Assembly: GCA_009995545.1 (NCBI GenBank) | Contig: JAACPI010000003.1 | Span: forward strand, 5,781 to 69,780 | DNA length: 64,000 nucleotides | Direction of reading: 5' to 3' | Source: a bacterium | GTDB lineage: Bacteria; Patescibacteriota; WWE3; 2-01-FULL-39-13; JAACPI01 | Part shown: positions 1-9,887 of the stretch, one piece after another | Position numbering within the stretch: position 1 is the stretch's first letter | How the letters are laid out: every line of letters starts with the position of its first letter | Notes under the pieces: generated by a model | What the model saw: only the letters and a program-made list of their open reading frames with translations | The model's database searches: none | Told to the model about the DNA's origin: nothing | Translations under genes and position numbers: made by a program

Positions 1-894
1 GTTAAAATTCCTTAGTTTTAAAAAAGATAAAAGCCCAAGTATTAAAGAAACTACCCAATAATAATTTCCGCAGGAACTGATATATATTAAAACTGCGGAT
101 AAAATAGCTAGAATTGATGCTAAAATTCTCCACTTAGTCTTAGAGAATAATAAAATTATTGTTAATAGCATTACCTGTGGGATAAATAGAAATAACCAGT
201 AATAATTTACACGACAGCTATTTTCACCTAAAACTTCACCTATAGATTTTTCGTTAAGGGTCTTATCCTTCTTAGGTTCAGTTTCAATTTTACTATTTTC
301 TTTTACTGTGTTGGGTTTCGCAGTTATACCCAATATTTCGGATACATAATCCCCTACATCTTGCAGGGTACTTTTAGTGTCTTTATCCTTAGTGCCATTA
401 TTATTATTTCCAGTCACTTCCTCTGCTTCAAAATTAAAGTCTAAATCAAAATATAAACGCAATGCTTGGTAGTCATTGTCTACGTCTAACATTGTAAGTG
501 TAAAAACGAATGTTTGTGTATTCTTGTTGGGAATTGCTCCTAACTTAACGTTTCCATTTTGTGCAAATTCCTTTAACGATTTAGGGCCATAAACTAAAGT
601 GGTTCCATTTTTTATAGATATTTCAATTACAGAATCTAGATCTGTATCTTTAAAATTATCGTTTTTTAAAACAACATAAGAATTGATAGGGTTAGGGTAC
701 TTATTTTGAATATCTACACTTTTAGATTCAGACCAAGAAGGGAAAACATTATCATATTGGAATAAGGGTAAATCAGAATCAATTTTACAATCGTTTTTTT
801 TACAAACCACTTTTCTATCAGCAGCCTTAACTGTATTAACGGCTACTAAAAGGTAAAATAGGGTGAATATCAGTAAAAAACTAAATTTCTTCAT
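1..894 (-). CDS. Secreted/membrane-anchored protein with C-terminal TM segments, last visible gene of the SipW/TasA-like operon (runs off the left edge; not in ORF track)
   Basis: Manual translation from ATG at 894: MKKFSFLLIFTLFYLLVAVNTVKA (signal peptide) ...PLFQYDNVFPSWSESKSVDIQN...VDNDYQALRLYFDLDFNFE (camelysin/TasA-like end motif), then hydrophobic helices; no stop before base 1; overlaps the end of the 881..2779 gene. Confidence 0.7.
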   Translation of the reverse strand, partial: MKKFSFLLIFTLFYLLVAVNTVKAADRKVVCKKNDCKIDSDLPLFQYDNVFPSWSESKSVDIQNKYPNPINSYVVLKNDNFKDTDLDSVIEISIKNGTTLVYGPKSLKEFAQNGNVKLGAIPNKNTQTFVFTLTMLDVDNDYQALRLYFDLDFNFEAEEVTGNNNNGTKDKDTKSTLQDVGDYVSEILGITAKPNTVKENSKIETEPKKDKTLNEKSIGEVLGENSCRVNYYWLFLFIPQVMLLTIILLFSKTKWRILASILAILSAVLIYISSCGNYYWVVSLILGLLSFLKLRNFN

Positions 895-2779
895 GGGCTA
901 TATCTTCTATTTTAACATTTTTTGGCCCTTCAGGATCTTTTGAATCAGGCACCTCTGTTTTTTCAGATACCTTCTCGACAATAACTTTTTGTTCTACTAC
1001 ATCTTCTTTTTTGTCAGCAGTATTAGTTAAAACTTCTTCAGTATCTTTAGCAACAGCAACCTCGGCATCCACAGGTTTCTCTTTGTTGTCAATAGGTTTT
1101 CCAAATATCTCAGCAGGCTCCTCTATAGTTATTTCTGCTTCTGCTTTCGACGATTGTTGAGGCAATATGTCCTCCTCATCAGATGAATCCATTTTGTTCT
1201 CCTCTGGCTCTGGTACAGGTTCGGGAGCAATACTATCCGTAGATAGACCCTCTTCAGGTTCATTTTCTATTGTAGTAATATTTTCTACATCGTCGGTTTT
1301 TAGGGGTATAGCCTCAATAACTTCTGTAACAAAAGTATCGTTACTAGAGTGATTTAAAGACTTGGGAGTTCCATAATCCTCCCCATCATCAGTATCCCAA
1401 TAAGTGCTGTCGTTGCACACAGCATCAATACAACTATGCCAATTTACAGGATCAGAGCCGTCTCCAGGGACACTATTTCGTTCCATAGATCTCTTTTGAA
1501 CAGTATTTTCCCCAGCAGCCCAGTTACCTGAAGGAGTTGTATCAATAAGGTCATTATGTAAATCGTAAAGCTGTAATAACTCGCCAGAGGTGTCTAAATT
1601 TAAAAGAGGTTCTACAAGATTAGAACTTATAGAGTCTGATATTGCGGAATTTGTTGTTACATACTTTGAGAGTAATAAGTATTCACCGACACCCAGTGTA
1701 CCGGACAAAGTAACACTAGTGTCACCCTCACCTGCTCCGTTTAAAGTCCACCCTGTTAAATTAACTATATTTGAGGAGTTATTATATAACTCAACCCACT
1801 GATCCTCAGTACTGTTTGTAGAACCAGACCAATAAACCTCATTTATTATAATGTCTCGAAGAACGTATTTAGGAGCCAAGGAAAACTGCAAACTTTCGGC
1901 GCTCATTAAAAATGGACCACCTGGATCAGAATTGGATGCTGAAATTTTTATTAACATTTGATCAGAAATTAAGGTAGTAGGTGTACTCCAAGTATAAGAT
2001 CCGTTATTAAAGGGTAAGAATGCAAATTCAACAAAATTTGCACCACCGTCTTCTGAGTATGATAGTTGAATAAGTAAAGAATTATCTGGTAGGTTGCCCG
2101 TACTTGTAGCCTCCCAATTTACAACAATATCACTACCAATTTCATATCTTTCCCCACTTAAAGCTCCAGGATTAATGGCTAAGACATAGGGCTCCCAGCC
2201 TAATGTGTAAATTGAATTCGTATTACTTTGTTCAGTATCAGAAAACCCTTCCCCTTCGTTAAGATCGGCTTGCCAGGAATTTAATTTGATGTCGAAGTTG
2301 CAATTTTTGTTTTGCAAAGACGCATCATCTGGTACAGAAGTTTTAAAATCCAAAGTATCCTCTAGATCACTTACTGTAAACTGCTGATTTTTAAGGTCAA
2401 CAAATTTACCACTATATTCAATAGAACCGTCAATAGATAACTCTAGGTCTAAGGAGTTACACAAACTATCGCTGCCCGAAATATTTAAAAGTTGAACTTT
2501 GTACTTAAAATCTAAACCGCCTATTTTAACTACTTTTATTTTAGAAATTACTGGGATACTTGGTGAGATCTGTGTACTGTCAAAGATCGGATTTCCTAAA
2601 CTCTCATCATCAGTATCTCTAATAGAAAAGTCTAAGGTGGCCAACTTTAAACTACTGTTTAAAGAAGTTTCGTTGTCAGAGTAGCTAGCTAAAACTGTAT
2701 CGTTTCTAGCTAAACTAATAATAACGAAAACAAGGTATACAAGGGTTTTAAAAAAGTTTCTTAAATTTAGGCGATGCAT
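881..2779 (-). CDS. SipW-type secreted protein: TasA-like N-terminal domain, Ig-like domain, lamin tail domain, acidic low-complexity tail
   Basis: VLASYSDNE resembles a SipW cleavage site; LATLDF motif; IIINEVYW...DQWVELYN...NLTGWTL...YGTPKSLN is a lamin-tail-domain signature; E/P/K-rich C-terminus. Confidence 0.75.
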   Translation of the reverse strand: MHRLNLRNFFKTLVYLVFVIISLARNDTVLASYSDNETSLNSSLKLATLDFSIRDTDDESLGNPIFDSTQISPSIPVISKIKVVKIGGLDFKYKVQLLNISGSDSLCNSLDLELSIDGSIEYSGKFVDLKNQQFTVSDLEDTLDFKTSVPDDASLQNKNCNFDIKLNSWQADLNEGEGFSDTEQSNTNSIYTLGWEPYVLAINPGALSGERYEIGSDIVVNWEATSTGNLPDNSLLIQLSYSEDGGANFVEFAFLPFNNGSYTWSTPTTLISDQMLIKISASNSDPGGPFLMSAESLQFSLAPKYVLRDIIINEVYWSGSTNSTEDQWVELYNNSSNIVNLTGWTLNGAGEGDTSVTLSGTLGVGEYLLLSKYVTTNSAISDSISSNLVEPLLNLDTSGELLQLYDLHNDLIDTTPSGNWAAGENTVQKRSMERNSVPGDGSDPVNWHSCIDAVCNDSTYWDTDDGEDYGTPKSLNHSSNDTFVTEVIEAIPLKTDDVENITTIENEPEEGLSTDSIAPEPVPEPEENKMDSSDEEDILPQQSSKAEAEITIEEPAEIFGKPIDNKEKPVDAEVAVAKDTEEVLTNTADKKEDVVEQKVIVEKVSEKTEVPDSKDPEGPKNVKIEDIAHEEI

Positions 2780-3188
2780 ACCAAATTCCTAAAATTAAAA
2801 ATGCTGCAGACAAAAAATATTTATTAGTTAGATAACCTAGAAAAGGTAAGGTTAAGAAGACCCTTCCAACTATATCTTTAGAGTCTACAAGGTTTAAATC
2901 GGCAGAATCATTTGCGTCTCCTTTGGTTTGTAAATAGCCATCCATAATTGAAATTATCCTGTGTGTTACAGTAGAATTTGACTTTTTATAAGTTACAATC
3001 TGCTGTACTTTATAACTTTTTGCAGGAAGTACAACCACAATGCTGTTTTTCTTAATTGTCGGTGACATTGATCCCGATTTAACTGTGTATAAAAATATTT
3101 TATTCGTGTAAACCGATATAAAAACAGAAAGTAGTATTAAGGAACTTAAATTAAAGTATAAGTTTTTTTTATCTAGCACTTTATCCAC
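2748..3188 (-). CDS. sipW: Signal peptidase I, ER/archaeal-type (SipW-like)
   Basis: VKSGSMSPT (catalytic Ser), VTHRI (His), TKGDAN and GRV...LPFLGY motifs of Ser-His S26B peptidases. Confidence 0.85.
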   Translation of the reverse strand: MDKVLDKKNLYFNLSSLILLSVFISVYTNKIFLYTVKSGSMSPTIKKNSIVVVLPAKSYKVQQIVTYKKSNSTVTHRIISIMDGYLQTKGDANDSADLNLVDSKDIVGRVFLTLPFLGYLTNKYFLSAAFLILGIWYASPKFKKLF

Positions 3189-3781
3189 TATTGTTGTTCT
3201 AAATTAAATTCAACATCAAAATTTACAGAGTCTCCTTGAATATTGTTATCTACATTGAGGGGTAATGTAAAGAGTAATTCAAAAGTAGCCGTTTCATTAT
3301 AATCTATTATGTTTGCACCTGTAGAAGCAAACTCGGAATCGCCAGCGTTACTTGGCGACCAGCAATAATTATTTAAAGTGTCCAAAGATGTATCTACGTC
3401 GACCAAAGAAAAAGAGTTAATCTTACTGTTTACCAGCAAACTTGCGCCAAGTTCACCGGGGTTTCCATCGGATTCAAACTCAGTAGTTCCAGTACTTTCG
3501 ACGTTGGTAACATTTTTAATACATATTGTGGGTTTTCCGGGTACAGAACCGATATTCTTTAATGTAAAGATATTAGATTTAGAATCACCGGGAACCAAAT
3601 CATTAAATGTAAAGTTTTGCACATTGCTTCCTTGGTTATCATCAACAGTCAAATCCAAAGTACCGGCAGCTAAAGCATTTCCGTTGGATGTTTCTTGGTC
3701 AGTAAAAAGTGAAGATGTGGGTAAAGAGAATCTGTTTAGTAATGCTAAAGAAAAGATAACTAACAACAAGTAGTTTTTCAT
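3188..3781 (-). CDS. TasA/camelysin-family protein with SipW-dependent signal peptide
   Basis: TSSLFTDQE cleavage-like motif, NALAAGTLDL, NDLVPGDSKS...LKNIGS, C-terminal NNIQGDSVNFDVEFNLEQ. Confidence 0.8.
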   Translation of the reverse strand: MKNYLLLVIFSLALLNRFSLPTSSLFTDQETSNGNALAAGTLDLTVDDNQGSNVQNFTFNDLVPGDSKSNIFTLKNIGSVPGKPTICIKNVTNVESTGTTEFESDGNPGELGASLLVNSKINSFSLVDVDTSLDTLNNYCWSPSNAGDSEFASTGANIIDYNETATFELLFTLPLNVDNNIQGDSVNFDVEFNLEQQ

Positions 3782-3841
3782 AAGAATGCAAACTTAGTCA
3801 ACAATACCTATAGTATCTTTTATTGAAAATACAGTAAAGAC

Positions 3842-3872
3842 TTACAGGCCTGTGGTATTAACAAACCTGTAA
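3842..3872 (-). terminator. Intergenic stem-loop between the first two TasA-like genes (terminator or stabilising hairpin)
   Basis: ttacagg...cctgtaa inverted repeat followed by a short T run on the minus strand. Confidence 0.4.
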
Positions 3873-3884
3873 ATCTAATACTAA

Positions 3885-4445
3885 CTAATATACTGGGGTT
3901 TCTGCCACAAATACTTCATCCCAAGTACAAGTTTCACCTTGAACGTCGTTGGTAGCATTCTCATCAATTTGAGCTCTTTGTTGTATAGCCATAGTCTCAG
4001 TTATTCCCAAATACTGGGAAACATAGCTAGTAACCTCTACCTTGTTGGAAACACCCTCTAAATCTACGATAGGACCTAGATATATATCTGTACCTCTCTC
4101 AGCGGTGTTCGTACCTAGTACACCCGTTGTAACCTGTAGGTTAACTTCATCGCACAGTAAACCACTAGTATTTTCTAAATACATAAAAACTCTTACAGAA
4201 GTACTGTAGTCCTCATTATATATTTCTGCTCTAGCCCAATCAGTCCACTGAGTAGGCACCAAATTAGAAACATTTACAGGTTTTTCAATAATTCCAGATG
4301 TTAGAGCTTGCAGAGTAATATCTACCGTTGCAGAGCTTAGGGTATTATTATCAATTCTTTCGGTATCACTAAAAACTGAATAAGTGTAACCTACACCAAG
4401 CAAGACAATGATAAATCCTATTGTTAAAGTTAAATATTTTTTCAA
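3885..4445 (-). CDS. TasA-like protein with SipW-dependent signal peptide
   Basis: GYTYSVFSDTE motif, NLVPTQW, NDVQGETCTWDEVFVAE end; strong SD (gggaggtg) before the TTG start. Confidence 0.75.
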   Translation of the reverse strand: MKKYLTLTIGFIIVLLGVGYTYSVFSDTERIDNNTLSSATVDITLQALTSGIIEKPVNVSNLVPTQWTDWARAEIYNEDYSTSVRVFMYLENTSGLLCDEVNLQVTTGVLGTNTAERGTDIYLGPIVDLEGVSNKVEVTSYVSQYLGITETMAIQQRAQIDENATNDVQGETCTWDEVFVAETPVY

Positions 4446-4546
4446 TTAAATCACCTCCCTGTTTTGGGCAAGAGGTAGCTAAATATTAATAAATTTCAGG
4501 AAGACAGGATGTAGTAGAAATTACCAGATACTTACTTAATATGCAA

Positions 4547-5467
4547 TTAAGATCTAGGGTAATTCTTATTTAATACCGATTTAATATCTCTGTTTTCAAA
4601 AATAATTTCATGTAGGGAGTCTGCTAATTTTACGGCCTCGGATACATTACGCTGATGCAAGTTTCGACCAATTGCAACTCCACTAGTTTTAGACAAATGA
4701 ATTTGTTTGTAAATATCAAACAAGTACGCTTCAGGTGAAACAGCCTTCCCACCGGCAGTTACTAATCTAACCTTTCCAGCTAGCTGAACAGCTCTAGCAA
4801 GATTTTCGAGTTTTTTAGTATCTCTGGGTGCGTTTATTTTTATAAAATCCGGGCCAAGAACAGAAGCAGCTGTAACTGCGGTGGATATGACTAAAGGATC
4901 CTTTTCGTCTTTAACACCATTACCTTTAGGGTATACCCAAAGTATAAAAACTAGACCTTGACTATGTGCTTGCTTAATTAGGTTTGCAGCCTCCTCCATC
5001 ATTTGGCCTTCTTCTTCTATGCCAAAAAGTAAAGTATAACCTACAGCAGGTATGTTTAGGCCGGAATTCTCCTTTAAGTTAATTACATCCTCAATCGAGG
5101 ATAAACAAGAACCCTTCGAGTAGCCATAAGTATCTTTTCGTATTTTTGACTGTGAGTTTAACTTAACTATGTAAGGGATTTGGCTGAATTCCTTCCCGTA
5201 TCTGTTAATTAGACCTATCTGTGTGGCCAATCCGCTTACCTTTGACACAGAAGCAACATTAAACAAATGCGCAGGCGAAATATCTAAGGGAGTTATTCCA
5301 GGACCGTAAAAACTTGTCGATAGGTGCTCTATTCGCTGGTCTCCAGCAAACATTAGCAATTTTCCGGTACCAAAAGTAAGTTTATTATAATTATTTATAT
5401 AATTTTTTTCTTTTGAACTGGGTACATCTAAAGGTACTTGTACAGTAAAGTCGGGCAGATCTTTCAT
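4547..5467 (-). CDS. Class I fructose-bisphosphate aldolase (DhnA/archaeal type)
   Basis: AGDQRIEH, VKLN, WVYPKG (catalytic Tyr), DFIKIN (Schiff-base Lys), AGG, AIGRN; start moved to ATG 5467, which follows a TATAAT. Confidence 0.85.
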   Translation of the reverse strand: MKDLPDFTVQVPLDVPSSKEKNYINNYNKLTFGTGKLLMFAGDQRIEHLSTSFYGPGITPLDISPAHLFNVASVSKVSGLATQIGLINRYGKEFSQIPYIVKLNSQSKIRKDTYGYSKGSCLSSIEDVINLKENSGLNIPAVGYTLLFGIEEEGQMMEEAANLIKQAHSQGLVFILWVYPKGNGVKDEKDPLVISTAVTAASVLGPDFIKINAPRDTKKLENLARAVQLAGKVRLVTAGGKAVSPEAYLFDIYKQIHLSKTSGVAIGRNLHQRNVSEAVKLADSLHEIIFENRDIKSVLNKNYPRS

Positions 5468-5591
5468 ATACTTAATTATAGATAAAATAACAGTAAGTAT
5501 AAAGAGCAAAGTTTGTGCCAGTAGAATTGAGATGTATAATACAAATAGTTAAATTGATTTATTAATAAATTACTAAATAATTATTGTAAGT

Positions 5592-5984
5592 ATGGAACAG
5601 AAAAAATTTAACCTTATACCTTTGATAGTTGCCTTTGTTTTAATTGGAATCTTTATATATTTTTTAAAGCCCAATAAGCTTTCTACTTACGCCCGGGCCA
5701 AATTTGGAGTTAAAAACAAGGTTTTACTGTATGAACTAAATAAAGACGCAGACTACCCAACTAATAATTCCAACTTGGGTAATTTTTTTATAGCAAGAGG
5801 GATATCCGGGACAGCTTATGAAGATAATCAAAAAGAATACTACGTTACTATAGTGCCCCACGATGTAACCCCTAACACCGAGCTTGATTTCGGATTCAAA
5901 GAAATAACTCCAGATGAATTCTACAAAACGGTATATAGCACAAAGCAAATTTACTTTACGAGAACTTTAAAGCTAATTCACTAG
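5592..5984 (+). CDS. Hypothetical protein with N-terminal membrane anchor
   Basis: 130-aa ORF filling an intergenic gap, single N-terminal TM. Confidence 0.65.
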   Translation: MEQKKFNLIPLIVAFVLIGIFIYFLKPNKLSTYARAKFGVKNKVLLYELNKDADYPTNNSNLGNFFIARGISGTAYEDNQKEYYVTIVPHDVTPNTELDFGFKEITPDEFYKTVYSTKQIYFTRTLKLIH

Positions 5985-6008
5985 AATCTAAATAAAAAAG
6001 AGTAAAGG

Positions 6009-8465
6009 CTACTTGTCTTTCTCCTCTTCGTTTCTGTTTTCTTTTAAAGAGTTAATATAGTCCTCGGAACAATGTTGTTTAGGTTGGCTGCCCTCTACAT
6101 AGTACTCAACAAAACCCCCGCAGCTGTGGCAACTTAACTGTCCCGTGATTGGGCAAATATTTGCCTTGTAAACTTGGCCTGGAGGATCTAAATCTAGATA
6201 ATTTTGTTCGTTTGTAACTTGCTTTATTATATTTGCCCATATGGGAGAGGCCCCCGTAATACCACTTGCCACATAGCTCATGGGAGTGTTGTCATTATTC
6301 CCAACCCAAGCTCCCACTGTGTATTCATCGTTAAAACCAATCGCCCAGTTATCCCTTAGATCATTTGTAGTACCTGTTTTAACACCAGTACCAAATACAT
6401 TTAAAATCGACACACCAAAAGCCTCTTTCCGAGCATTAAAATCAGATAAAATACTTTTTATAATAAAAGCATTTGACTCAGGGATTATGTTTGTACCGCA
6501 TTCCCCTGGTTTAAATAGAATTTTTTTATCTTTAAAGTCCTCTTCTGTATAAACACAAGGATTATACTCAATTATATCTCCCCCACTGTTTGTAATGTAC
6601 AGAATAGGGTTAACTGGTACTAGATTTCCCTTATTAGCAAACACGGAAAACCCTTGGTTTAGTTCCACCATGGTTACTTCTGCTGCACCTAAAGCCAGAG
6701 AAAGGCCGTAATAGTCTCTATCCCAGTGTTTAAAGCCGAATAATCGTGCATAATCAATAAAGTTATTAACACCATTTTTCTCTAACACCTTTACAGAGGG
6801 TATATTTAAAGAGTTTGCTAAAGCACGTCTAAGGGTAACTGGACCCCTAAATTTGCCGTCGTAATTAACCGGTTTGTAAACAGGAGACCCCGGGGTAGCA
6901 TAGCTTACAGGAGTATCTAAAATTATTGTTCCAGCAGTCATTCCATTTTTTATACCTAACGAGTAATTAAAAGGTTTTATACTACTACCGGGTTGCCTTA
7001 AAGAGGTAGTTAAGTTTACAAAACCGTCGATATCTTTAGCATAAAAATTTTTACTTCCTACCATGGCAACTACCTCGCCTGTTTTATTGTTAGTTATAAG
7101 AGCTGAACCATTACTAATACGTAGACTAGAAATTTTGGCTACTTCATCAGTTACAACATTTTGGGCGATATTTTGTTTTTCTGGGTCTAAAGATGTGTAG
7201 ACCCTGAGTCCGCCGTTATCAAAAAGGTACTCTCCGTATTTGTTTCTAATATAGTCCTCAATATAAAAAACAAAATGTGGGTATTTTATTTGTGTTACAG
7301 GGTACTGAATATTCAATTTTTGGTTTAAAGCATCTCTTGCCTGCGTGTTTGTTATGTACTCGTTTTTAACCATAAGCACCAAAACCTCTTCTTGCCGACT
7401 TTTACTTTGTGTAAGGTCTGCATAGGGGGAATTATCTGTTGGGGCAGTAGGAAGTCCCGCCAATAAAGCACTTTCTGCTAAGGTTAAATCTTTTGCATCT
7501 TTGTTAAAGTACATCTGAGAAGCTTCTTGTACTCCATAACTGGTACCCCCAAAGCTTACAGTATTTAAGTACATCTCTAATATCTCATTTTTAGGATACT
7601 TATAATCAACCATAACGGACATTACAGCTTCTTTAATTTTTCGCTCTAAAGTTTTTTCTGGCGTTAATAGAGTATTTTTTACCAGTTGTTGTGTTATTGT
7701 AGAACCCCCCTGTACTACATCTTTATTTTCAAAATTTTTGTAACCTGCCCTTAGAATACCTGTTAAAGAAATACCGTGATGGGAATAAAAATTATCATCC
7801 TCAACAGATAAAATAGCTTCAATTAAATAGGGGGGTAGATCGTTAATTGATACCAATGTTCTGTTTGTATCTTTATAATTTTTATAAAGTAAGTCGCCAT
7901 TTTTATCGTAAACATAAGAAGTCAGCCTTTTAGTTCCAACAACAACATTATTTGGGTTTGGTAAAGAATAAATTATATTAAAATAAAAATAGGAAGCTAT
8001 TAAAAATATTAAAAATAAAAATAATATATACAGTTTGGCCCTAAAGACAAACCAAAATCTAAAGGTTTTAACCACCTCTTTTTTTGTTCGATCTATTTTT
8101 TTGCTTTTTTTAAATTTTGGTAGTGTTAATGATTTAGATCTACGCTTAAATAGTTTAGTTGGAAATCTGTTTAATTTTATGCAGCGTGACTTTAAAACTT
8201 TTATGTAATTATTTAAAGATACAGTTTTTTCAGACCTGGCTTTTTTTATAGTTGTTCTTACCAAAATATAACTATTTCTAAATGTTTTATGAGTATTTTT
8301 TAAAAGAGTTTTTTTGTAAATATAAAGCTGGCTGACAAGTAAATAATACGAGTATTTAATATAGCTACCAAGGTATTTTACGAGAATCAAAATAAAATTA
8401 ATTACGCCTCGATATATATCAAAAACATCTTTTAAAATTATTTTAATTTCATTTAGTAAGGCCAT
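6009..8465 (-). CDS. Class A penicillin-binding protein (PBP1A family, transglycosylase-transpeptidase)
   Basis: GT51 motifs EDDNFYSHHG, GGSTITQQLVKN, RKIKE, YLN; TPase motifs SSIK, SLN, KTGT. Confidence 0.93.
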   Translation of the reverse strand: MALLNEIKIILKDVFDIYRGVINFILILVKYLGSYIKYSYYLLVSQLYIYKKTLLKNTHKTFRNSYILVRTTIKKARSEKTVSLNNYIKVLKSRCIKLNRFPTKLFKRRSKSLTLPKFKKSKKIDRTKKEVVKTFRFWFVFRAKLYILFLFLIFLIASYFYFNIIYSLPNPNNVVVGTKRLTSYVYDKNGDLLYKNYKDTNRTLVSINDLPPYLIEAILSVEDDNFYSHHGISLTGILRAGYKNFENKDVVQGGSTITQQLVKNTLLTPEKTLERKIKEAVMSVMVDYKYPKNEILEMYLNTVSFGGTSYGVQEASQMYFNKDAKDLTLAESALLAGLPTAPTDNSPYADLTQSKSRQEEVLVLMVKNEYITNTQARDALNQKLNIQYPVTQIKYPHFVFYIEDYIRNKYGEYLFDNGGLRVYTSLDPEKQNIAQNVVTDEVAKISSLRISNGSALITNNKTGEVVAMVGSKNFYAKDIDGFVNLTTSLRQPGSSIKPFNYSLGIKNGMTAGTIILDTPVSYATPGSPVYKPVNYDGKFRGPVTLRRALANSLNIPSVKVLEKNGVNNFIDYARLFGFKHWDRDYYGLSLALGAAEVTMVELNQGFSVFANKGNLVPVNPILYITNSGGDIIEYNPCVYTEEDFKDKKILFKPGECGTNIIPESNAFIIKSILSDFNARKEAFGVSILNVFGTGVKTGTTNDLRDNWAIGFNDEYTVGAWVGNNDNTPMSYVASGITGASPIWANIIKQVTNEQNYLDLDPPGQVYKANICPITGQLSCHSCGGFVEYYVEGSQPKQHCSEDYINSLKENRNEEEKDK

Positions 8466-8627
8466 TCATTTAGGAGGGCAACAGGTAAATTAAGGTAACT
8501 GAAAGTTTGAAGGTATTTTATCTTATAGTAGTCACTTATACAATCATCTAATTATCTATAGTAGGGTTTTAAAGAGTAATTTAGGGTATTTTAAGTACCT
8601 TATAGATAAATTATAAATACTCCACCT

Positions 8628-9797
8628 TTATTTGGGGACGTATAAAGGGAGCGCACACTGGTAGGGTTTTGCTTTTTTCCTTCTAGATCTTTTTTTCGAT
8701 GTCTTTACGATAGGAACAGAATCCTGTTTCAATTCTACTGAAATATTCCCGCTGACTAAGTCTTGATATAAGATAGGATTTTGTTGCATAAAATTTGCAA
8801 ATTGGGCTAGCCTATAAAGTGCATTTTTAATCCGCGTGTCGCTAAGTTCAATTTGTAGAAATGAAAAATTATTTTTTGGACGATTATACGCATTGTGCAT
8901 CTTAAGATAATGGAAATGGCCCCGATATTTCTCAATTAGACCCCCTATCAATTCTGGGCTCATCTGTACCCAAGGCTCCAAAGACACCCTCTTATACTTA
9001 AGACAATCCTCTTCTATTGCAAGTAGGCCGGAAACCAATGTCATCAGTATTCTCATATCCCCTACTAGGGATTTTTTTCTTGTGGAAGGGGGGCTAGAAT
9101 CTAATAGAAAATACCGAGTAGACCCTAATCTATCCTGGTCAGATAAAATCATTGGTGTATAAACCCAGATTCTAAAGTACGGAAATCTGGTGTCACTCCC
9201 AGTTGGAAAATTCATATTAATACATCTCGTTAAACCTGGATAAAAATTCGTTTGTTTAGGGTCAAAACAGCCAGGTAGGTTATAGGGATTGTCATTAAAG
9301 GGGTTGTCTTCAAAACTAAAATGGGCGGCATTTATTATCTGAGATAACGTATCTAAAACTTCCTCAGGTAGTAAGTTTGGAGGAATACCTTTAGCAGCGC
9401 AATAATGGGTAAATACATAATCGATCTGTTGATATAAACTATGCCCATCGTAGCAGGTGGTTCCGGATAATTCAGCACCAGTTAATCCCAAATTTCTAAG
9501 CTGGTTGTCTGTAAATAAATATCTTAAATCCTCACCTCTTAAAACACCAAAGACAGTCCTATAAAACCCGGCTAATGAGGTTTGCACTTGAGCAGTCACG
9601 TCAAATTCATCTTTGCTCTGAATTGAAGCGGACACCTCTAATAATTTTTTTGGGGTGTAGCCGCCATTAGAATCTAAAAGCTCGTCTAAAATCCAAAGCG
9701 ATCCGGGGTTTAAAGTTGGGGAATTGGGAGATTCTTCCTCAGGATAATAAGCAGTCTCATCCAATAAATAATTATTTGTTGGTCTTAATGCAGACAC
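8628..9797 (-). CDS. Hypothetical protein
   Basis: 389-aa ORF, no recognisable motif. Confidence 0.6.
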   Translation of the reverse strand: MSALRPTNNYLLDETAYYPEEESPNSPTLNPGSLWILDELLDSNGGYTPKKLLEVSASIQSKDEFDVTAQVQTSLAGFYRTVFGVLRGEDLRYLFTDNQLRNLGLTGAELSGTTCYDGHSLYQQIDYVFTHYCAAKGIPPNLLPEEVLDTLSQIINAAHFSFEDNPFNDNPYNLPGCFDPKQTNFYPGLTRCINMNFPTGSDTRFPYFRIWVYTPMILSDQDRLGSTRYFLLDSSPPSTRKKSLVGDMRILMTLVSGLLAIEEDCLKYKRVSLEPWVQMSPELIGGLIEKYRGHFHYLKMHNAYNRPKNNFSFLQIELSDTRIKNALYRLAQFANFMQQNPILYQDLVSGNISVELKQDSVPIVKTSKKRSRRKKAKPYQCALPLYVPK

Positions 9798-9887
9798 TTA
9801 TAAATTTACCAAAATTTTTAATATATTACTATAAGTTTTTTTAACTTGTTGATTGCTCGTTACCTATAAATCAAATAGAATTTACCT

